DNA from: Bdellovibrionales bacterium
Lineage (GTDB): Bacteria > Bdellovibrionota > Bdellovibrionia > Bdellovibrionales > Bdellovibrionaceae
NCBI GenBank assembly: GCA_031370005.1
Contig: JANMPT010000103.1
Span: 1-27,387, forward strand
Reading direction: 5' to 3'
DNA length: 27,387 nucleotides
Position 1 is the first letter of the stretch. Every line of letters starts with the position of its first letter. The notes beneath the pieces are model-generated. The model saw only the letters and a program-made list of their open reading frames with translations, was not told where the DNA came from and did no database searches. Made by a program: the position numbers and the translations under genes. Below, one piece after another: positions 16,934 to 25,450 of the stretch.

Positions 16934-19576
16934 TTATTTTGTTTTCATTATGAAGACGCCATCCCAGTCATTTGGCGGGGCTGTATCAAGATAATCTTTG
17001 CAGCGCTCAATATAAAGTTTCGAAACAGGATCGTTTTGAGACGCAGAAAATGATTTCTTGAAAATATCTAGAGCTTCTTTAAAGCATCTTTTATGATAAA
17101 GCTCGTAGGCTTGGGCGAAGTATTTTAAATTTCCAGCGCTTTTATCCTTGGGCTCTCCCTCGCAAATAAGCTCGTATATTCTAACGGGTTCGAATTTACC
17201 TTTAACACGAACACGATCAATTTCGCGAGCTGTAAATATCTCTTTGACTTCTTCGTAGGTGAATTGACTGATAATGATGCGTGTCCCATATTCCTTATTA
17301 ATCCCCTCAAGTCGAGCCGCCAAATTAACTGAGTCCCCCATGACAGTATAATTTTGCACAATATTAGACCCCATGTTGCCAACACTCATGGCCCCAGTAT
17401 TAATTCCAATTCCAATATCAATGTGGGGAAGTCCCTGGTCAGCGAATTCTTTTTGTAGCTCTTTGAGCTTGTCTAGATTTTCTAGTGCGCAACGGCAGGC
17501 CTCTTTTGCATGGGCAGGGCTTTTTATTGGCGCCCCAAAAAAAGCCATTATTGCATCGCCAATATATTTATCTAAAGTGCCATTGTTTTTGAAAATCAGT
17601 TCTGTCATTGGCGTGAGATACAGATTTAAAACCCGCGAAAGTTCTTCGGGTGCAAGTTTTTCAGAAATGGTGGTAAAGCCGCGTACGTCAGAAAAGAAAA
17701 CCGTCATATTTTCTTTTCGTCCGCCTAGTTTTAGATTCTCAACGTCTTTGAGAAGTTCATCCACAATTGCTGGAGAAACATACTTAGAAAATGTCAATTT
17801 GAGTTGGCGTTTTTTCTTTTCTTCGGTGAAGTAGCGATAAACTTGGATAGAAAAAAAGCAAAATAGAATTAACATATATGGCAGGGAAGTATGAACCATT
17901 ACTTTTCGAATTAAAAAAAGCCATAAATCGAATCCAAGACCAACTGTCAAGATGCTAGCAAAAATTCCAAATGAAATCAGTGAATCCACATATGCCCATG
18001 CCGCAGTCAAGGCAATCCCTAGAATTAAAAGAATCCAGGGCATAGCACTGGTTTCACTGCCCCACGAAGTTAGAAAGTTTTTATCTAGTAAATTTGCGAG
18101 CATAGTCAGGTGCAGTTCCGGCCCAGGGTAATTTGCATCGACAGGGGTGTTGCGAAGATCATATAGGCCTACTGCCGTGGCTCCGATGATCACACTGCGG
18201 TTTTTGAAGAACTTCTTTCTGTCGAATTCTTTTTCTTGGATATGAATTTGTTTTCCCTCGAGTGTTTTAATTCTTTTTTGCACCAGGATAGTTGATTTTT
18301 CGTTAAAAAGTTCTTTGGCCGAAACATAGGGCAGAGACATTTGCTGTCCATAGAAATTAATCAGAAGCTCTCCTGACTTGTCCACAGGAAGTGTCGCTAT
18401 TTTCGTTTCAGGGCGGGTTTCCATATTATAGATATTAAACTCGTCAATTTTTTTCTGACCTTGGGAGTCCGCTCCCATTTTAACTTCCGCGCGATAGGGA
18501 CCCGAAAGTAAATAGCTTTGCAAAGCCAGAGATGGAATAAAGCTGGAGCCGAGCTTATTTCCGGAGCGATAATACATTGGATAGCGACGGACATAGCCGT
18601 CAGAGTCAAGCAATGCAATGAAGCTAGCGGTAAAAGCAGCTGGCTTTTGTATGACAGGAATATTTGGAGTCCATTCGCCATATTGAGGAACTGGATGGCT
18701 TTTATAGGCACCTTTAATATTTTGATTGAAATCCTTGAATGAAAGACTGCTGAGTTGCTTATTGCTAGCGAGTAAATTTAAATACATAGGTTGTACTTTT
18801 TCAGCAATTCCAGCATCTAGAAAAATATCTTTTTCAGTCAACCAGGTTTTGCAGTATTCAAAAAGCGCTTGAGATTTTCTTGATAACAAATTGTTTTTTT
18901 GAAAAATTGAAAGCTCATTGACAGATTTTTTACCTACAGACGCAAGAGTGTCTTCCTGAACCTGTTGTTGAACATTATCAAAAAATACTCCGAACAGGGG
19001 GGGCCAGTTCAAATCATCAAAAGCATTGCCGGCCTCGTCGATTGCGAATCTGGGATTAATCTTCGTTAACTGGTCTCCGCCGTTTTTAATAAAAGCTTCG
19101 GCAACACAAAGGTCCTGGTAGGGTTTATAGGGATAAAGATTTTCACTGAAGGTGCCAAGTATTACCTTGTCTTTGTTTTTATCGATCATTTCCCCGAATT
19201 TACTATCGGTATCTAGAGAGCCTCGTTCTGGCTCAGAAAAAATCACGTCAAAGGCGACGGAACTTGCGCCATCGTCAATCAAGCTTTGCGTCATCTCATT
19301 AACGAGCTGCCGGCTCCAGGGCCAGCGCCCAATTTCCCGCAGCGAGGCGTCGTCTAAGGCGATCAAAGCTACGGGAGCCTCAGATATTTCAGGTTTGCGC
19401 AGCTTGTACTTGAAATCATTGAAACGAAAATCAAGAATTTCCATGGCCTCTAATAATGGGCTATCGCTCCGTTGAATTGGCGGAGTCTCCTTGTATTCGT
19501 AATACTTAAGCGAAAAGGCAAAAAAACTGAGAGTGATGGTAAGCCCAATTAGTAGGCTTATTTTTTCTGTTTTCAT
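16934..19576 (-). CDS. CHASE2-domain class III adenylate cyclase
   Basis: LDDASLREIGRWPWSR, FDVIFSEP, DSDGYVRR, PGPELH (CHASE2); 3 TM helices; FSDVRGFT, DKYIGDAIMA, YTVMGDSVNLAARLE (ATP-specifying Lys/Thr); C-terminal WDGVF. Confidence 0.95.
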   Translation of the reverse strand: MKTEKISLLIGLTITLSFFAFSLKYYEYKETPPIQRSDSPLLEAMEILDFRFNDFKYKLRKPEISEAPVALIALDDASLREIGRWPWSRQLVNEMTQSLIDDGASSVAFDVIFSEPERGSLDTDSKFGEMIDKNKDKVILGTFSENLYPYKPYQDLCVAEAFIKNGGDQLTKINPRFAIDEAGNAFDDLNWPPLFGVFFDNVQQQVQEDTLASVGKKSVNELSIFQKNNLLSRKSQALFEYCKTWLTEKDIFLDAGIAEKVQPMYLNLLASNKQLSSLSFKDFNQNIKGAYKSHPVPQYGEWTPNIPVIQKPAAFTASFIALLDSDGYVRRYPMYYRSGNKLGSSFIPSLALQSYLLSGPYRAEVKMGADSQGQKKIDEFNIYNMETRPETKIATLPVDKSGELLINFYGQQMSLPYVSAKELFNEKSTILVQKRIKTLEGKQIHIQEKEFDRKKFFKNRSVIIGATAVGLYDLRNTPVDANYPGPELHLTMLANLLDKNFLTSWGSETSAMPWILLILGIALTAAWAYVDSLISFGIFASILTVGLGFDLWLFLIRKVMVHTSLPYMLILFCFFSIQVYRYFTEEKKKRQLKLTFSKYVSPAIVDELLKDVENLKLGGRKENMTVFFSDVRGFTTISEKLAPEELSRVLNLYLTPMTELIFKNNGTLDKYIGDAIMAFFGAPIKSPAHAKEACRCALENLDKLKELQKEFADQGLPHIDIGIGINTGAMSVGNMGSNIVQNYTVMGDSVNLAARLEGINKEYGTRIIISQFTYEEVKEIFTAREIDRVRVKGKFEPVRIYELICEGEPKDKSAGNLKYFAQAYELYHKRCFKEALDIFKKSFSASQNDPVSKLYIERCKDYLDTAPPNDWDGVFIMKTK

Positions 19577-19669
19577 GATCTACGTGTCGGCAAGTTTAGT
19601 GCAAATCCGAGCCTAGATAAAAAGCAGGTCTGGATGGACTTTAGCCAGGGAGTTTGCTATTTTTTAGCC

Positions 19670-19819
19670 ATGGGAAAATACTTTGTACTTAAAATTATGG
19701 TGATGGTCCTTAGCCTACTTTTTGTCGTTTATGCGATGCGCGAATTGCAGCATCCTACGGGCACCCTGAGGGCAAATAACAGCCCAATTTCAATACTTTT
19801 TAGCAAAGACAACAGATAG
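19670..19819 (+). CDS. small single-TM hypothetical protein
   Basis: MGKYFVLKIMVMVLSLLFVVYAMRE...; short ORF filling the gap before tRNA-Asn. Confidence 0.45.
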   Translation: MGKYFVLKIMVMVLSLLFVVYAMRELQHPTGTLRANNSPISILFSKDNR

Positions 19820-19871
19820 AAAAAATTTGACTTTAATGGTCACCAGCCATAATTTGGCCATTCCAACATGT

Positions 19872-19947
19872 TCAGAAGTAGCTCAGTCGGTAGAGCAAGC
19901 GGCTGTTAACCGCTGGGTCGGGGGTTCGAGTCCCTCCTTCTGAGCCA
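19872..19947 (+). tRNA. tRNA-Asn(GTT)
   Basis: TCAGAAG/CTTCTGA acceptor stem, AGCGG-CTGTTAA-CCGCT, GGTTCGAGTCC, CCA; 76 nt. Confidence 0.97.
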
Positions 19948-20214
19948 ATTATCTTTTCCCGCAGGATTTTCCTCTGCGGTGAACAGACAGTGGCTTTCGG
20001 TGTCTAAAACTTTAGAGACTCTCCATTTTATTTCGACTCTGTTGTCGTCGAAAACAATAACTCGTTCGAGGATTTGTCGTAAAAAGTTTCTTGCTCTAAC
20101 TGGGTCTCCTTCTCGAATTTTCTTCAGCACATCAATAAGTTGATTTTTATAAGGCTCTAAATCTGTTTTGCATTTTTTAATCTTCTCTAGCTCTTGAGTT
20201 GCATCGTAAGCGGC
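19906..20214 (-). pseudogene. C-terminal remnant of a large serine recombinase reading into tRNA-Asn
   Basis: Start-less frame from 20214: coiled coil, then FLRQILERVIVFDDNRVEIKW (typical LSR tail), ending NWLRRRDSNPRPSG* antisense to the tRNA. Confidence 0.7.
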
Positions 20215-20247
20215 TTAACAGCCCCAGTGTTGACTTTGTTTATTTAA

Positions 20248-20568
20248 GTAATCGAGTTTCTTGAGTTTGCAAAGCAGCTAACGAAATGCGAGCTTTCTGG
20301 GAAAAAGGCATGCGTAAAGCTTAGAAAAAAGATTTGGCTGGTTAGAGATGAATTGAGCTCGTTCGGTCGTTTATTAAAAGACGAAAATACTGTTTCTATT
20401 TTAAATGAGGGTCTGCTGTTAACCAATGATGTCGAACAAACATTAAGGGAGTTTGATGACGGGCCCAAAAAAAATAAACGTCTTAACGAGTTAAGTCAAA
20501 AAGCCAAAGATACCTACTTGAAGATCAGAAAATCCGATGTCTTGAATAAAGAGTGCAAACCTAAATAA
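20248..20568 (+). pseudogene. start-less C-terminal fragment of an unknown helical protein
   Basis: Frame open from 20248 (VIEFLEFAKQ...) through the tracked 71-aa ORF. Confidence 0.4.
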
Positions 20569-20581
20569 AAAAGATCACTAT

Positions 20582-21484
20582 TCACGAGCCAATAGGATAG
20601 CAACTTAGCAAGAGCAAAATTTGCGGTAAAAATGGCGATAGGACAGCCGAATAGTCTGCAGCAAGACCAACTAATTTGTTTAAAGTCGTTACGTACGATT
20701 CACTTGAATTTTCGATGATACTTTTATCTAACAAACTGATCAACTTTTCGTTCGAAACGGTGTCGAGCGCAGCGATTGCTTTAATTTCCTTTAGTAATGC
20801 AACTGCATCTGCATCAGTCGTTTGTTGATTCGACTGATTAATCGAACCAATGTTGATGTGGCCACTGTTGTTTTGAAAGTTGTTGGTATTTTGCATTATT
20901 ATCTCCATTTTTATTTTCGTGTATTTATATGCGTAAGCGCGCGGCTGATTTCCATATTCGGGCAAAAAGGTTGGGTCTGAAAGAAGATAAAGATTATTAT
21001 TCAGAACAACTTTTTCGTTTGAATCTGAAAACATTGCTTCGACGTAGATGAAATCATTATCTTTATCACCTAAGCTGGTTTCGCCATTTTCAGTTTTAAG
21101 TTCTTGCGTCATGCCAGTACGTCTTCGCCAAAAATCATCTTGCGATCTCGGCACGTTTTTAACGAGCTCATAATATAATTCTTCTTCGACTTCTTCCAAG
21201 GTAAAGATTTCTTCACAAAATTCACAAAATAAATCTTCGTCCAAAATTTCTTTGCACTCTCTGTTGGCGCATGTTGCCAGTGAAAGTGGTTTTAAAAATC
21301 CAGCGTCTTGAAAATTTGACAAGGCTTCGGTGATTCCCGACCAAGAAGATCTCAATCCGCGAAAAACATTTAGATTAATTTTTTCTCCGATAGCCTTTGT
21401 ACTTAGAAAGTCACCAGCTTTTGAAAGTGCTTCAACCTCGGAAGGATCGTCCTTAGATATTTCCGAGAACAAGTTTGATGACAT
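20582..21484 (-). CDS. hypothetical protein with 4-Cys Zn-ribbon, N/Q-rich motif and helical C-terminus
   Basis: CANREC...CEFC; MQNTNNFQNNSGHINIGSINQSNQQ; ATG 21484 overlaps the upstream gene by 32 nt. Confidence 0.75.
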   Translation of the reverse strand: MSSNLFSEISKDDPSEVEALSKAGDFLSTKAIGEKINLNVFRGLRSSWSGITEALSNFQDAGFLKPLSLATCANRECKEILDEDLFCEFCEEIFTLEEVEEELYYELVKNVPRSQDDFWRRRTGMTQELKTENGETSLGDKDNDFIYVEAMFSDSNEKVVLNNNLYLLSDPTFLPEYGNQPRAYAYKYTKIKMEIIMQNTNNFQNNSGHINIGSINQSNQQTTDADAVALLKEIKAIAALDTVSNEKLISLLDKSIIENSSESYVTTLNKLVGLAADYSAVLSPFLPQILLLLSCYPIGS

Positions 21485-22481
21485 CACGAAACACCCCCTC
21501 GTCAAGATCGCTCATAATGCCCAAGCGTTCGTCCTCATAAACCATAAAACGAAACTGTTTTGCGCCCTCTGAGTCGTAGTAAAAATCGCATTCAAAGTAG
21601 TCGCCCTTGCGCGAATGATTTTCGATAGGCTTCATGATTCTGTTTGCAAAAACTGGAACCCCTTTTTTTGGACTTTTGATTTTTATCGTGTCTCCAGTCG
21701 AGTAACGAACACCAAGTGATCTGCTGACTGATTTTTCCTCCTCCATCAGATTTTTTATTGCGGATCCGATGGAGATGATTTCGAATCCTTTTTGGCCTAT
21801 GAGTTGGTGAACCTCATTCAGAATTGTTCGAAGTTCTTTCGCGAAAGTTTGCCCCCGCTGTATTGCTGGAACAGAAACAAATCCTTTTCCCGTCTTCAGA
21901 TTTAGTTCAAAGACATAAAGCTTTCTAGAGCGCTTTTCTTCAAAAATGCGTGAAATGAGTTTTGTTGTTGGATTCTTAGAGTCGAGTTCTGACCGTCGCA
22001 CTAGCGTGTTTGATGGCGCAATAAATTTTATACGCAATAGAGCGCCTTCGATTTCGATGTTATTCGCTTTCAAGATACTAGGTAATCGAAACGGTGGGCT
22101 ACTTTTGATAAGATCCGATGAACCTTTAAGTTTTAAAGCCTCAAGAAGATCTTTTTGTTCCAAGAGGGCTCGCGTTTGCTCGGGAGCTCCTTTTAAAAAG
22201 TACATGTGTCGGCGACTGCAAGGTTCATGTGTATTAACAAACTCCTGAACTTCGGATAAATTGAAAATCTTTTCATTGAGGGAGCTTTGAACTAAGTGGC
22301 GGAGGTCTTCTTTGATTCCAGTATACGGAAGCCCGTGATCCTTCAAAAAAGGTCGAACTAAATCGAGGTTGAAATCTAAAAATCTTTCGACCAATGCGAC
22401 TTCGTCAGTGAGTTCTGGGCGTATGGGCCGTTTGGTTAATATTTGTTCAGGCTGCGTTTCTTTATCTACGTTGATATGCAT
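21453..22481 (-). CDS. hypothetical protein with N-terminal SAP-like DNA-binding motif
   Basis: AGGAGGAG RBS before ATG 22481; LVRPFLKDHGLPYTGIKEDLRHLV fits the SAP pattern. Confidence 0.75.
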   Translation of the reverse strand: MHINVDKETQPEQILTKRPIRPELTDEVALVERFLDFNLDLVRPFLKDHGLPYTGIKEDLRHLVQSSLNEKIFNLSEVQEFVNTHEPCSRRHMYFLKGAPEQTRALLEQKDLLEALKLKGSSDLIKSSPPFRLPSILKANNIEIEGALLRIKFIAPSNTLVRRSELDSKNPTTKLISRIFEEKRSRKLYVFELNLKTGKGFVSVPAIQRGQTFAKELRTILNEVHQLIGQKGFEIISIGSAIKNLMEEEKSVSRSLGVRYSTGDTIKIKSPKKGVPVFANRIMKPIENHSRKGDYFECDFYYDSEGAKQFRFMVYEDERLGIMSDLDEGVFRDVIKLVLGNI

Positions 22482-22574
22482 GATGCATCTCCTCCTTGTG
22501 TTTAAAACCACCAGGACATCCTTTGTCCTGACACAGTAAGTAGATACTACACGCCAAAATTGTGCAAGCCCGCG

Positions 22575-23174
22575 TTATTGTGGCGCGTCTAAACCCTGAG
22601 CATTTGAAGAAAGAGCACGCGAAACAGATCGGATCGACGTACTAAGTTTTTCGGCAATCTGTCGAGCAGTCAGTCCGTCTTTTCTTAATTCTAAAATCTG
22701 CAAATCATCGCGTTCTTTGGGGCGACCAACAGCCTCACCAAGAAGTTTCGCAGTTGAAAGAGCGATATGAACTCGTTCACCTTTAATAACGAACTTTGAA
22801 GACTTTACTGCATGATCAATCGCTTTTAAAAACAGACCGCCGTTATTTTCAGAGTCGATATGATCTGACGCTGAAATAAATCTCACGCCCATCTCAGTGA
22901 GTTGATTTATAAAATCAACACTTTCTGAAATCGATGCCGAAGCGGACCCAAGACGATCCAATCGCCAAATTAAAAACACGTTGCAAGAGCCGCTGGCAAA
23001 AATCTTTTTGAAGTTTTCGACCTTGTTCAAATCTTCCATAGAGTTTTGATCTTCAAGTGTCATTACTAGCTCTAAGTCATTTCTTTTAATGAAATCGTTA
23101 AGACCTAAAAGTTGTTCACTCTTAGTGGTTCCATAATCGCTGTATCTTACGTAGACCAAGCATTTATTTTTCAT
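22575..23174 (-). CDS. resolvase/invertase-family serine recombinase
   Basis: YVRYS catalytic motif, WRLDRLG, GVRFIS, VGRP and C-terminal HTH (TARQIAEKLSTSIRSVSRAL). Confidence 0.9.
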   Translation of the reverse strand: MKNKCLVYVRYSDYGTTKSEQLLGLNDFIKRNDLELVMTLEDQNSMEDLNKVENFKKIFASGSCNVFLIWRLDRLGSASASISESVDFINQLTEMGVRFISASDHIDSENNGGLFLKAIDHAVKSSKFVIKGERVHIALSTAKLLGEAVGRPKERDDLQILELRKDGLTARQIAEKLSTSIRSVSRALSSNAQGLDAPQ

Positions 23175-23197
23175 TCTTCGTTAAACTCGCCTTGTAA

Positions 23198-23229
23198 TAT
23201 AACTTTAAAGTTATAACATATAAGTTATA
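23198..23229. promoter_or_regulatory. two overlapping TATAAC-N6-GTTATA operators between divergent resolvase and XRE
   Basis: Copies at 23198-23215 (perfect palindrome) and 23212-23229. Confidence 0.7.
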
Positions 23230-23253
23230 TACTGATAAATACGAAGTCAATAG

Positions 23254-23514
23254 GTGAAGTTGGGAAAACCGAAAACGAAAATTTTAGTTGAAAAATTTCT
23301 TGGAGAATTCAAGCTTTCTGACGTGAGCAGAGAGACGGGAATCTTATATCCTCAGCTTCACCGCTATACTAAAGCTGGTGCAAATCCGACGCTTTTAGTT
23401 CTTGAGCAAATAGCCATGGGATTATCAAAACTTCGTGGAGAACCTATTTCACCGTGTGATCTAATTGATAATCGAAAACCTAAAGCCAAGCCTGGTAAAA
23501 CTAGGCGCGGTTGA
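23254..23514 (+). CDS. XRE/Cro-like HTH regulator
   Basis: LSDVSRETGILYPQLHRY...NPTLLVLEQIA...PCDLI. Confidence 0.8.
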   Translation: MKLGKPKTKILVEKFLGEFKLSDVSRETGILYPQLHRYTKAGANPTLLVLEQIAMGLSKLRGEPISPCDLIDNRKPKAKPGKTRRG

Positions 23515-23905
23515 GGTAGTTGAAAACGGTTTTCAGTTGCCATCTTGCGCCTGAATTTCTACAAGAAATTTCAAGTTCATTCATCGCATTTACTATTTTA
23601 CGATATGACAAACCTTGATCTCGAAGTTGTTTCAACTTTTGAATAACCTTAGCTTCACCTGGGTGGGCATCGGATTCGCCAAAGCGTTGGGCCACCTTTA
23701 GATCTCTAGAACGTAGCGGCACACCATAGCCCAAAAGGTACTTTTTCACTGTCTTGTTGGAGGAAGAAGTTTCTGCTGCAATTCTAGCTACGGAGTGGCC
23801 TTCAACTACGTATTTTTGACGGAGGAGATCTTCGTTTCTAAATGACTTTATGCTAGCAAAAGGTAATATAAACGAATGTAGGGCTGGAGGAAACGGTTCC
23901 TGCGT
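23501..23905 (-). pseudogene. start-less HTH + recombinase-domain-like ORF abutting the displaced att
   Basis: Frame open from 23905: ...NEDLLRQKYVVEGHSVARIAAETSSSNKTVKKYL...GVPLR (HTH), then EAKVIQKLKQLRDQGLSYRKIVNAMN...RWQLKTVFNYL. Confidence 0.7.
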
Positions 23906-23928
23906 TTAGGAATGGTCCTGAGCCAATT

Positions 23929-24039
23929 TTTAGTGGGCGCAACCACTTCCTCTGTACCGGTGAACACTTCAGAAAATTTCCGAACTTCCCCACTCGGGGT
24001 AATCTCAATTTTTTCAATCACTTGTAATCTTGCTGACAA
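23929..24039 (-). pseudogene. second (older) large serine recombinase C-terminal remnant
   Basis: LQVIEKIEITPSGEV...VFTGTEEVVAPTKNWLR, homologous to LFTAEENPAGKDNWLR next to the tRNA. Confidence 0.6.
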
Positions 24040-24088
24040 ACCCTCCGGAGGGTACTGCCCCCGTTATTGATGTAGACCCCGATTTTTC

Positions 24089-24184
24089 AACTCAGCGTCG
24101 ATTCCACATCGTGCAACGCTGTTGAAAATAGCAAAGGCATTGGGCATGAGCCAGGTCGAAATCACAACCGAGTGGAGTCGATAA
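24089..24184 (+). pseudogene. C-terminal half of an XRE HTH protein
   Basis: Manual translation NSASIPHRATLLKIAKALGMSQVEITTEWSR*. Confidence 0.55.
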
Positions 24185-24260
24185 GAATATACGAAAAACC
24201 TATCATCGAAATGGAGACGGCGATGATAGGGCCTATCAAATTTGGATGTTTTTATTGGTA

Positions 24261-25364
24261 TCATTCAAGCACTTTAGCAAAATAATGCATGTCCCAGTAC
24301 TGCTCTCGATGAAAAATGGCTGCCTTGAGTGTTCCCTCGTATTTCATTCCAACTTTTTCCATGACTCTACGGCTTCCCTGGTTTTCAACTTTGCATCGTG
24401 CTTGTATTCGCTTAAGTGAAAATTCTTTAAAGCAATAATCCATCACCGCCAGGGAGGCCTCTGCCATTAGTCCTTTGCCCCAGTGCTCTTCACCAAGGGC
24501 ATAGGCAAGCTCCATCGCTCTAGCATTCTTAGAAGTCCAAAAACATCCTACTGTGCCAATAATTGCCTGTGGATTGTCTCTTAAAGCGATGCCAAAGGCT
24601 TCGGGAACACCCTTAGAGTAATAATCAAAAATATAATCCTTAATATACACTAAGCTATCTTGAACTGATTGATGAGCTTCCCAGAGAGTATATTTGCAAA
24701 CATTCGGATTTTTCGCGTAGGAGAAAACAGACTCAGCATCACTCAGCTCAATCGCTCGCAAAATCAATTTATTTGTTTTAAGAGTTGGTGGTTTCCAATT
24801 CAGCTTGGGACTGTCTAGAATTTTGGCGATGAAGTACTCGTCGTGCAATTCGCCGTCTATTTTCACCGCCTGCTTTCGAGTTCCTTCAATTTTATATCCG
24901 TTGCGCTCATATAGTTTAATCCCGCGGTCGTTCTGTGCTCGCACCATTGCTTCGATGCGAGTAATGCCGTGAGCTTGCGCATGGGGTTCTTGAAGTTGCA
25001 AAAGTTTTTTTCCAATCCCCTGGCCCCAATACTCCTTCAAAATCATCATTCCAAACTGAGCCATATGTTGAAGCCATGGGTGCTCGGGATTTTGCTGCCT
25101 AAAGTTTAAATAGCCGACAACTTTTTCAGAATCGAATGCGCCTATATTTAAAACAATTCTGTCATCTTGCTGTGCAGATAGTCGCTTGGCGGTTTCTTCA
25201 AAGGATGGAAACGGCATCCCAACATAATGCATAGTATTTGTGGAGTCATGAGGAACTTGCTCGCGGAACTTTAAAAAAAACGTGGCATCTTCGGGGACAA
25301 GACTTCTAAAGATAATTTGCCGACCGTTTTTCAATGAAAAATCTGAGGCTTCAAGCTTTGCCAT
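24261..25364 (-). CDS. tandem two-domain GNAT acetyltransferase (C-terminal RimJ/RimL-like)
   Basis: YWGQGIG...N...LYERNGY; then PTLKTNKLILR...HWGKGLM...ENQGSRRVMEKVGM. Confidence 0.92.
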   Translation of the reverse strand: MAKLEASDFSLKNGRQIIFRSLVPEDATFFLKFREQVPHDSTNTMHYVGMPFPSFEETAKRLSAQQDDRIVLNIGAFDSEKVVGYLNFRQQNPEHPWLQHMAQFGMMILKEYWGQGIGKKLLQLQEPHAQAHGITRIEAMVRAQNDRGIKLYERNGYKIEGTRKQAVKIDGELHDEYFIAKILDSPKLNWKPPTLKTNKLILRAIELSDAESVFSYAKNPNVCKYTLWEAHQSVQDSLVYIKDYIFDYYSKGVPEAFGIALRDNPQAIIGTVGCFWTSKNARAMELAYALGEEHWGKGLMAEASLAVMDYCFKEFSLKRIQARCKVENQGSRRVMEKVGMKYEGTLKAAIFHREQYWDMHYFAKVLE

Positions 25365-25450
25365 GTGTTGGTTACCCATTGTCTAATTGCAAAAATATTT
25401 CTTAATTAATAAGGTTCAGATTTTAGTAGATGTGCGGGAGCCTAAATTTA

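Larger units (their letters stand above)
19930..23928. mobile_element. decayed ~4 kb integrative element at the tRNA-Asn 3' end
   Basis: GTCC-ctccttc-TGAGCCAATT (19930-19950) recurs as GTCC-TGAGCCAATT (23915-23928); encloses an integrase remnant, resolvase, XRE and cargo. Confidence 0.8.

Noticed and set aside
12357..19475. Many 60-150 aa ORFs nested in the four core genes
   Set aside because: Antisense or alternate-frame shadows of long motif-bearing CDSs.
24064..24264. 66-aa minus ORF downstream of the GNAT
   Set aside because: The opposite strand encodes a recognisable XRE fragment; this frame has no features.
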